Assembly: GCA_051294375.1 (NCBI GenBank)
Contig: JBJCIZ010001115.1
Span: 1 to 9,410 of the forward strand
Origin: Paraspadella gotoi
Taxonomy: Eukaryota > Animalia > Chaetognatha
DNA length: 9,410 bases
Reading direction: 5' to 3'
In this document: piece by piece, positions 1-8,246 of the stretch
How positions within the stretch are numbered: the stretch's first letter is position 1
How the letters are laid out: every line of letters begins with the position of its first letter
Made by a program: the position numbers and the translations under genes
Notes under the pieces: model-generated
What the model saw: the letters and a program-made list of their open reading frames with translations, nothing else
Database searches by the model: none
What the model was told of the DNA's origin: nothing

Positions 1-57
1 CGACGGTGGCGCTCGGTTTGAAGACCTTGACGGAGAAGTTGACGAGAGGCTCGAAGG
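1..57 (-). CDS. Internal coding exon of an unidentified minus-strand gene, truncated by the window edge (xFEPLVNFSVKVFKPSATV...)
   Basis: Minus-strand acceptor TTTTCAG at 64..58, then an open phase-1 frame (CC TTC GAG CCT CTC GTC AAC TTC TCC GTC AAG...). 16 of 18 full codons end in G/C against an AT-rich background. The protein family is not recognised. Confidence 0.6.
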
Positions 58-92
58 CTGAAAAGCACCAGTGATTGATCGTTTTTCGTCGT

Positions 93-327
93 NNNNNNNN
101 NNNNNNNNNNNNNNNNNNNNNNNNNNNNNNNNNNNNNNNNNNNNNNNNNNNNNNNNNNNNNNNNNNNNNNNNNNNNNNNNNNNNNNNNNNNNNNNNNNNN
201 NNNNNNNNNNNNNNNNNNNNNNNNNNNNNNNNNNNNNNNNNNNNNNNNNNNNNNNNNNNNNNNNNNNNNNNNNNNNNNNNNNNNNNNNNNNNNNNNNNNN
301 NNNNNNNNNNNNNNNNNNNNNNNNNNN
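93..327. other. Assembly gap (N run)
   Basis: Continuous N bases. Confidence 0.99.
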
Positions 328-622
328 AAGGGCGCACATGGAAGCGTGGGTGCGATCAAGATTAAGTCAAGAAACTACTTTTCTGAAAAGGAAAGAAGGA
401 AGAAAGGGATGAAAAAAGAAATTGAAATAAATAAATGAATATATTAGTAATTTATAAAAATTAATACATCAAATGTAAAAAATTGCCAAAAAGTCAGAAG
501 AGAAAAATAACTGAACAAAAAAAAAGAAAATCGAAGAAATAAATAAAAAAGAGAGAAAAAAAAATTAGAACTCAACAACAAGAATAAAGAAATTTCTTCT
601 CCTTTCATCTTCGAGAAATAAA

Positions 623-848
623 NNNNNNNNNNNNNNNNNNNNNNNNNNNNNNNNNNNNNNNNNNNNNNNNNNNNNNNNNNNNNNNNNNNNNNNNNNNNNN
701 NNNNNNNNNNNNNNNNNNNNNNNNNNNNNNNNNNNNNNNNNNNNNNNNNNNNNNNNNNNNNNNNNNNNNNNNNNNNNNNNNNNNNNNNNNNNNNNNNNNN
801 NNNNNNNNNNNNNNNNNNNNNNNNNNNNNNNNNNNNNNNNNNNNNNNN
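623..848. other. Assembly gap (N run)
   Basis: Continuous N bases. Confidence 0.99.
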
Positions 849-960
849 TATATTTTCTCATTAAAAAGAAAATAAAATAAAAAGAAATAATTTCTTATTG
901 AAAAAGAAAAAAAGAGTCGAAAATGTTTTCTTTGCTGCGGTTTTAATTATCATGATTTAC

Positions 961-1063
961 GCGGCGTCGGATCCTCGAATCTCTCCGATCTCCGATCGAG
1001 CGAAACCCGACGACCGATCGACGGCCATGGATAATTGCTGATGATTTTACGATCCCAGTTTCT
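961..1063 (-). CDS. Candidate 103-nt exon, probably of the same gene as 57..1
   Basis: GC-rich block bounded by acceptor ATTTTAG (AG at 1065-1064) and donor C|GTAAAT (GT at 960-959), with AT-rich flanks. The frame RNWDRKIISNYPWPSIGRRVSLDRRSERFEDPTP ends in phase 1, compatible with exon 57..1. Other frames are also open (internal ATG, MAVDRSSGF...), so the frame is unresolved. Confidence 0.42.
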
Positions 1064-1337
1064 CTAAAATTTATTTTTTATACTTTTTTCTGTTTTTTTT
1101 TTTTTTAGCGCACGAGCGGAGACCGATAACCGAATAAAAGTGTTTTTTTCTATGTTGGTTTTGAGGGGAACTTTAATTTCGTCTGGGATGGACTGCATCC
1201 CGACTTGATCTAATTTTAGTTGTGACGGTTGTCATGTTTCAATTTCAGACTTTGGTTATGATGCCTACTGATATTTTCAAGAAAAATTTTCAGAAAACGT
1301 GCTTTTTTAAAGTATCGTCTGGCATATACTGAAATCA

Positions 1338-1420
1338 TTTTCTCTCTCTCCTCTCTCTTTCCTCGCCCGCGTTTTCTCTGTCTCTCTGTCTCTGTTTCTC
1401 TTTTTTTCTTTTTCTCTCTC
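1338..1420 (+). repeat. Degenerate CT-rich polypyrimidine tract
   Basis: Mixed CT/CTGT/T runs. Confidence 0.8.
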
Positions 1421-1778
1421 ATCTCCGTGTGGTTTTCTCGAATAGAGCGCTAGAGGCGAAAGCGAGCTTCAGTCGTTAAAATGGCAGATTTCCAACGGCC
1501 AGAGAGCCGCATTGGCCAATGGACGAGATGCTAGCCTTTTGAGTGCATTGTTGGCTTGGCGTGCCACGCACAATTCCATTTTCTATGAGTTTCAAACCAA
1601 TAGCTATGTTAAGTATACTGTCATAAAAATTCGGGGTTGCTAAGTCGTGCTTTACTGATTTTCGGTGATTGATCATGAAGATTGCATGTCACAAAAATAT
1701 ATATTCCCCTACATAATATATATTTTGAAACTAGTTTCTTTTGGGGTCTCCTTCAACCGAGTTGTGCAGTTCTGCCAT

Positions 1779-1781
1779 CCT

Positions 1782-1834
<53 letters not shown>

Positions 1835-1840
1835 CTCTCT

Positions 1841-1872
<32 letters not shown>
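1779..1872 (+). repeat. Interrupted (CT)n microsatellite
   Basis: Direct reading. Confidence 0.97.
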
Positions 1873-2319
1873 ATATTGGGTGCCATCAGGATTCGGTTCC
1901 CGTTGCATCATTGTTATGTGGCATGAAAAGATGGAGAGTTGCTATGCGTTGCTGCTGTCACAAAGTCCTCCCGTCAGCAGCGGCAGCACCGATAACGCGC
2001 AACACCTTACGACCCCAATGAAAAATCCCCGCTCAGCCATCATCGCTTACTATTTAACTTTTTAGTTTTTAAATCTTGAAATCACTTGAATTCGTTGTTT
2101 ACTCAGCTATTTTTTAAAAGAAGTATAATCTAAAAAACTAGTGAATCGCCATATATTCTTTGTTCCCTTAAACTTAGTATTGGAAGCCTTAATCAAAATT
2201 AGCCCATTCTTGTCGATTTGTTGCTAAGCAAAAGTTATTCGATCATAGTGATCAAATCTACGGAATTTAAACTCATTGCTGAAAGAAAAACAAAACAAAA
2301 ACAATTAATTAAAATAAAG

Positions 2320-2830
2320 TTCTGGCCCCTCGTCGTCTGAGATCCTTGACTCCATCCTCTGACGTCACGCGCCACCCGCGTTGCGGGCGAACAATTCCTC
2401 GCAGCCGCGGCGGCAGCGCGCTCGGGAGCGGAGAATTTGCGGCCCCCTTAGTTGGCGTGGTTCCAACCGTCGGGCGATCGCAGGCTTCAGGGGCCGGAAA
2501 CAATCCGGGGTACCGCAAACTGCCGAGAGACAGAAACAGACAAAAGACGCGATATTTCTGAAGAGGAGCAGAGAGAGAGAGAGAAAGAGAGGCAGAAGAA
2601 AGAGAGTAGAGAGGAAGAGAGAAAGACGAGAGACGAGAGAGAGAAAGAGAGAGAGCAGAGAGAGGAGAGAGAGGAGAGACTGAGAGACGAGAGAGAGAGA
2701 GCAGAGATTGCCACTTCTTCTTTTTCCCGGCGCCATCTCTCTTTTTTCGCGAAACAGAAACGATCGTCATCGCCTCACAACAATTTTTGTGCCCGCCATA
2801 CCCACGTCCACCCGCAGGACCGGGGTCGAA
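2320..2830. promoter_or_regulatory. CpG-rich putative promoter/enhancer flanking a GA tract
   Basis: Full CRE palindrome TGACGTCA at 2360-2367, ETS-like CCGGAAA near 2494, YY1-like CGCCATCT at 2731-2738, E2F-like palindrome TTTCGCGAAA at 2745-2754. These are motif matches only. Confidence 0.35.
2560..2701 (+). repeat. Interrupted (GA)n microsatellite, opposite in orientation to the other tracts
   Basis: Direct reading. Confidence 0.95.
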
Positions 2831-3458
2831 GTTTAAAAGAAATCATTATTTAAATTAATCTACATATACAGTTTTTTTTCTTGGAAATCCAAAATTGCCG
2901 AGAATGGAGCTGGTAAGTTGAGAACTATCCTCTCGCTTCTGAATTTCGTTGTGTCTATCGCCATATGAAAGCGAAATAAAGGTTTTATAATAAAGTTATT
3001 GGCTAAAATTACTACTTACTTAATTTTCTAGTTTTAATTACTAAAATCGCTCTGAAAACAAAACTTTGTCAATTCTCTCGCGCCTTGCAAGATACCTCCA
3101 AACTATCCCAATGTGTCCATTGTGCCTCAAACTTATACAGTCTGGTTATCGCTTATAGTTTTAGCTTTCAGTCCTCTTTTAAAACCTGATGCGTCCAAAA
3201 AGTCCGTCACTCCGTCGTCGCGTCTTCTTTTTTTCTTCGCCGGCAAATAATTGAACAATAAAGTTCTCGACTCGGAATGAGGATGAGCGATCCTTTGATT
3301 TCTTCCGCCGTCAAAGAATCACTTTTACTCTCGACGGACGTATTTGACTTTAACTGTCCGGACGGACCACGACGACGACGATGGCAACTAAACAAACAAA
3401 CAACGACATAACAGCATTAGGACTTTTCTCTCTTCCCGTCTCTGGCCGATGATCTCAC

Positions 3459-3473
3459 CTGGATCAAAGTGAC
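3459..3473 (-). other. Candidate 15-nt microexon GTCACTTTGATCCAG
   Basis: On the minus strand: acceptor TTTGTTAG, donor CAG|GTGAGA, then a 71-nt intron (3458..3388) ending in TTTGTTTGTTTAG. Confidence 0.4.
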
Positions 3474-3557
3474 CTAACAAACCACAACCAACAACAATCG
3501 AATAAAAAAAAAGCCGCCGATGACCGACGACGACGCCCAGAATTTTGCTCCAAACCC

Positions 3558-3577
3558 GAAAGTTGACGTCAACTTTC
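3558..3577. repeat. Perfect 20-bp palindrome GAAAGTTGACGTCAACTTTC
   Basis: Self-complementary over 20 nt with no spacer; the core is TGACGTCA. Confidence 0.95.
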
Positions 3578-4152
3578 CATCGTCCAATCTCATCCGTTAC
3601 AGTTATCCATTGGCGTCAATATACTAGTTTATACCATTCGCCTGGTGTTTTTTTTTTAAGGACGGTCAAATAACTGATCTAATTTTTAATTTATACAATT
3701 GAAAACATTCTCTGCAAACACTCCTATACCACTTCAAGCCAGCGAATCTGGGAGTGAATAACCCTAGAAATGTCTGCTTATTGAAGGCCTCTCAACCCAG
3801 CCATTAGCCTTAGCCTATCCCAAAGTAAGATTAAATGACATGAACAATTCTTATATTGGTTATACCTCTTTCCGACCCTTGCTTTGCTGAAAAGATTTTC
3901 AAAGAATCCAAAATTTGACATGAATTAAACTTAACAATACACACGTTTTTAAACTATCTCATTACTTACCGTAGTTTTCGCGTTTTTTTAAAAATTTAAT
4001 TTCTTTCATTTATCTTTTTTTCTCCTTCCTTTTCTGCTCGATTCGCATCCGAAAACGCGCAACACGTCGGCAGCAAAAGAAAAGACAAACGTTTTTTCTT
4101 TCCGGCAGGTGACAAATCAGATCGAACAAAAACTTCTATCCTCATTTATTCA

Positions 4153-4184
<32 letters not shown>

Positions 4185-4259
4185 TCTCCTCTCTCTCTCT
4201 CTCTCTCTCTTCTCTCTCGCTCCTCTCTCTCTCTTCTCTCTCTCTCTCTTCTCTCTCTC
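4153..4259 (+). repeat. Interrupted (CT)n microsatellite
   Basis: Direct reading. Confidence 0.97.
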
Positions 4260-4310
4260 GTGATGGACTTGACCAATCGCGTAAGAGCTCTTCGCACTCG
4301 GACCCGCGTC

Positions 4311-4333
4311 TCGTCGTCGTCGTCGTCGTCGTC
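4311..4333 (+). repeat. (TCG)n trinucleotide repeat
   Basis: About 7 TCG units. Confidence 0.9.
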
Positions 4334-4619
4334 TGTAGTCGTTCGTCATCGAGTGCCAACGCAAACCCTCATGACACGACCGGAATTTCGTGAATTATGT
4401 ACGTGAACTGGCGAGCGTTACGGCGGAAATGTATGAAGTGTTGGCGGACAGAGAGGGCGAAAGAGGGCGTTGAGAGGGGAAAAGGGACCGTGTGGAACTA
4501 GACCGGCTCGGAGAAAGCCAGGAGAGAGGAAGGGTTTAGAGAGAGAGACCGGTGGCTAAGTCGCCTCAGGCCTTAATTTGCCAAAGCGCTTCTTGCTTCC
4601 TCTTAAATTCGAATCAACA

Positions 4620-4797
4620 TTAGTTTTTAAGTTAAAACATTAGCGTTTCAGTATTAGGTTAAGGACTAGGAGCTTGGGCATTAGGTAAATAATTAAGCGT
4701 AGAGATTAGGAACTACAAGTTTATGTTTAGGAATTGGCTTAGGGTTAAGTTTTAAGATTAGCCAACAGAAATAGGGCGCTTCTGAAATAGAGAGCCC
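4620..4797 (+). repeat. Degenerate TTAGGN-like array with a terminal imperfect direct repeat; possible repeat-element remnant
   Basis: Strand-biased TTAG/TTAGG/TTAAG/CTAGG/TTAGGG units at roughly 6-nt multiples, followed by GAAATAGGGCGC-TTCT-GAAATAGAGAGC. Confidence 0.45.
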
Positions 4798-5418
4798 AAA
4801 ATTATTAGAAAGGGCGAATGAAATTTAAAGATAATCGCGGAAGTTTTTCGTTCCATCCAATCATCGATTAAAACGGTTAAGAAAAATTAAACGATACACA
4901 TTCTTCTTCTAACTTTTAAACTTGTATTTATAGATTCTTCCAGAAGACAACACTAACATCCCTCTCCCATTACACTATAAGAATACATATAATAAAAAGG
5001 TATAATTAAATCTACATACATCGGTGAAATTTTTACATTTCTTTACATTTATTTTTAAAATTTAATAAAAAAATTTAAAACCTAGTATAGTAAAACAAAG
5101 CTAATCTTGCAACTTATTCCTACGTTTCCTACATTCTTCTTAATTAATCAATAAACAATGCCATAAAACTGAAATTGTGAAAAAGAAGAACCAAACCTAA
5201 CTTTTTCTCAGTCAATACAACATGAGATACTTACGATGGCACTGTTGTCATACTACTGACTCAAGTTCATTTAGATAGTAATCCCGATCACGCCTATTTT
5301 AAAATAAACCCAAAAAAGCTACTTTAAGTCAGTATAACTACAGTCGTTTATCTCGCCCCACGCCGCGAGCAGAGGCATCACTTTCCTCTATGAGCGCGTC
5401 TTTTCAAACACACCACCA

Positions 5419-5454
<36 letters not shown>

Positions 5455-5519
5455 CTCTCTCTTCTCTCTCTCTCTCTCTCCTCTCCTCTCTTCTTCTCTC
5501 CTCTCTCTCTTCACTCTCT
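5419..5519 (+). repeat. Interrupted (CT)n microsatellite
   Basis: Direct reading. Confidence 0.97.
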
Positions 5520-5676
5520 GTGCTGTCGGCCTTTCCTCTCAAACGTTTGCTGCTCGCAGTCAAAATTTCTTTACAGACTTTTTCCTTGCGGGTGTGTTCG
5601 ATCTCTCCTTTCCAATGCCACACCAACGATGATGCAGCCGCCGCAGCAGCCAGCCGCGCGCTGGCTCGGGGCTTTG

Positions 5677-5694
5677 TCCCCTCTCTCTCGTCTA

Positions 5695-5752
<58 letters not shown>

Positions 5753-5768
5753 CTATCTCTCTCTCTCT
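5677..5768 (+). repeat. Interrupted (CT)n microsatellite
   Basis: Direct reading. Confidence 0.97.
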
Positions 5769-5834
5769 GCCCGCTTGTCAACGCCGCCCGCGCCCTATCC
5801 CCCGCGTTGTTCCGTGTAAAAACGTTTCGCACAA

Positions 5835-5937
5835 CTGCCAACGAGCGGCAAAAAATCGCTTCCCATTTTTGCGGTGAGTTGCTGAAAGCGATCGACATCG
5901 AATAGCCAACTCACCCCATTGACTTTGAAATTAAACC
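5835..5937 (-). ncRNA. Speculative spliced-leader-RNA-like element
   Basis: GGTTTAATTTCAAAGTCAATGGG (23 nt) followed by a GTGAGT donor, a stem-loop, Sm-like GATTTTTTG (5857..5849) and a small 3' hairpin. The leader does not end in AG. Confidence 0.2.
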
Positions 5938-6010
5938 TTTCATAAAATGATTTTTATCCTCAACGAGAGAAATATCCCACAGGTAACCCTCATTCTTCTC
6001 CGTTTCGTGT
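5915..6010 (-). other. Candidate 96-nt exon (alternative reading of the same donor)
   Basis: Acceptor TTTTTTGTTTTCAG (AG at 6012-6011), donor GGG|GTGAGT. One frame is open: HETEKNEGYLWDISLVEDKNHFMKGLISKSM. Confidence 0.33.
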
Positions 6011-6345
6011 CTGAAAACAAAAAATTCGCCCGGAATCCCACTGCTGCCTTCTAACATCAGTGATAATAAAATATTTATATCGCGGCTCAGCCCTACTAAA
6101 AGTCGTCCTCCAAGTTTCTTCTCTTTCTTTCTTTCTTTCCTTTTTCTTTCTCTCTCCCCTTGCTTCCTCGTAACCATTCCTTTATTTTCCGGAGAAGACC
6201 CGCGTAGAGAGAGGAAACTCCAAACCTACTATCTTTTTTTTCTGCGTAATTTTTAAAAAAAAATATTTTTGTCTCTTTTTCTAAAATCAATTTTTCATTT
6301 CTTCGCGATTTCTCTGCTCACGGCTTCTTTTTTACTGTCCTTCAG

Positions 6346-6566
6346 AAAATTTCGGCGGCCACTGTTCCGCGTCTCGTTTCTTCGCAGCCGAAAAACTGAA
6401 GACGATTGTCGACGACCGTAAAAATACGGAAGACGACGATGTCGACCGAAAAAAAAAATTCTACGAGAAAAAAACTGACGCAAAAATCGACGAAAAAGAA
6501 TTAGAACCGAAGACGACGACAGCGACGACGACCGAAAACGACGACGACGTCTCATGCGAGAATAAA
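6346..6566 (+). CDS. Candidate exon encoding a charged low-complexity peptide (not in the ORF track, no ATG in frame)
   Basis: Acceptor CCTTCAG (ending 6345) or same-phase TTCTTCGCAG (ending 6387), consensus donor AAA|GTAAGT at 6567. Open frame NFGGHCSASRFFAAEKLKTIVDDRKNTEDDDVDRKKKFYEKKTDAKIDEKELEPKTTTATTTENDDDVSCENK. No partner exon identified. Confidence 0.38.
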
Positions 6567-6782
6567 GTAAGTTTTTGTAAACAATAGTTTTTTTAAAATA
6601 TGTCTAAGATAATAGTAAGCAGTCAGTTCCCCTCACAGTGGTTAAAATTTAATCGCGCAATTTTATAATCTCTCGTTGTATTTTTTACAATCTTCATTAC
6701 ATTAACTCCCCCGCTACATTTACCCCTTCTGCTACAGTAAAACAATGTCGTTATCGGTGATTATCGACAACAGCTCAATTTT

Positions 6783-6897
6783 GCGCGGTGGCGGGGGGGC
6801 GGCGGGGGGCGGGGGCGAGGCGGGCTGGGCGCCGGGGGCGCGGCGGCGCGGGGGAGGGGGGGCGCGTGGCGCGCGCCGGGGCGGGCGCGCGCGGGCG
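6783..6897 (+). other. Almost pure G/C, G-skewed block (G-quadruplex-forming or a sequencing artefact)
   Basis: Many runs of 3-7 G interspersed with GC, with abrupt AT-rich borders. Confidence 0.8.
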
Positions 6898-7174
6898 TTA
6901 TCTTTCAATAAATTACCCTTGAAGTACATTTCTAAAAGAGAGGAGGAAAACGATTAGCCTCGCGTCGAAAATATCGAAGCGTTCAAAGGTCAACGCAGAA
7001 TCGTTTATTTCTTTAATCGTTATTTTTTTTTTCGAATTCCTTTTCATCTTAATCTCCTTTTCTGGTTCGAGAGACGCGATCTTTCAACCGAGAACAACAA
7101 CAACACAACAACCAACAATCACTGCAGGAAAAACAATATAACTTGGACTCTTGGCCTCGAGAATCAAAAAAATC

Positions 7175-7566
7175 TACGCGCGATTTCGAAATGGCCAATC
7201 CAAATTTTATATTAGATTTCAGTTCGAGCGCTCCATTTACCCCATCGCATTCCTCTTAAACATGAATTATCAGCCTCCCGCCCCGAATGTCATATCCATA
7301 CCCCGACTGTCATAATTGCGACTTCGTGACTGCAATGGCCACGCCCATCTATCGTGGGCCCGACCGCCGCACCACCCACACCTCCGTCGCCGCTCGGCCG
7401 CCGCCATACCCACTTTCCATTATCGCCTCAATTTTGCCGGCGTCTCTCTATCCGCCCACGGCGAAAGGAAAAGAACGCCGGTTTTCAAGCTGGAACCGTC
7501 ACGCTCAGTAGACCTTCTTCGCCACGCCCATTGGATCGACGCCACGGAGCGGTCACACACGTGACG
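7175..7566. promoter_or_regulatory. Putative promoter motif cluster
   Basis: CCAAT 7195-7199, GC box CCCGCCCC 7277-7284, GCCACGCCCAT twice (7338-7348, 7521-7531), ATTGG 7530-7534, E-box CACGTGAC 7558-7565, all within a CpG-rich island. Confidence 0.45.
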
Positions 7567-8246
7567 CCAAATTTGCGCCAGGCGAGGATTGAACCCTCGT
7601 TTTTGTGGAGCCCGAACACGAAATTCATTGAATCTGCCCCAATGAAATTAGTATATTCAGTTCATCTGTTAAGTATTAGCGCTTAGGAAGCCACTCATTA
7701 TTAGATAGAAAAAATTCTAAGACTAACGCTGGACAAAGTATATGGAAAAAATAAGTCGACCATATCCTGGGAAAAACTAATATCTTTTGGCCCTTACACT
7801 GTTATCCTCCATTATGAAAATACATGTTTTGCCATTACGCCTAAAATATTCTGCACATAAAAATTACCTTCTTAGGCCCTAATGCCAGCTTCTAAATAAA
7901 AACCTTTACAATATAGTGTCGAACTTTTTAAAACACAACAATAATCAAATTCGACTCATTGCAGGCTGGATTACATTAATAATAACCTTGGTTGTACTTG
8001 TTCTTTAGTTTTCATTTCCCTTCTCGGTCATAGATGGCCCTCTTTGATATCCCTTTCGGTTCAGTGCGCGACACTTTAGGCCTCCTCGGATCATGAGACC
8101 CGGCACACTTTGAAATTATTCGACTCCATGTGTGGGCCCCACGTTTTGAAAAGCGCGCACCGACGAATTCCAACCACGACGACGAAAGCACTTGATATAA
8201 ACAACGGACGATGGACAGCAGCCATTCTTTATTTTTAGTTAGCAAG

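Noticed and set aside
71-861. ORFs 71..412, 75..365 and 565..861
   Set aside because: They are open only because they run through N gaps.
1665-1674. GTGATTGATC, also at 71-80 (Pbx/Hox-like TGATTGAT core)
   Set aside because: Two copies of a 10-mer are expected by chance in 9 kb.
3447-3457. Minus-strand TGAGATCATCG matching the 5' end of bantam/miR-81/82 family miRNAs
   Set aside because: There is no pre-miRNA hairpin and the 3' half diverges; it coincides with a splice donor.
1216-5898. SLSLSL/RERERE-rich ORFs on both strands
   Set aside because: They are translations of CT/GA microsatellites, open in several frames at once.
7570-7625. B-box/T-arm-like GGTTCAATCC on the minus strand
   Set aside because: No A-box, D-arm, anticodon arm or acceptor stem, so not a tRNA; a SINE remnant is unsupported.
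7287-7686. Three overlapping plus-strand ORFs
   Set aside because: Stop depletion in a GC-rich island; no recognisable domain or preferred frame.
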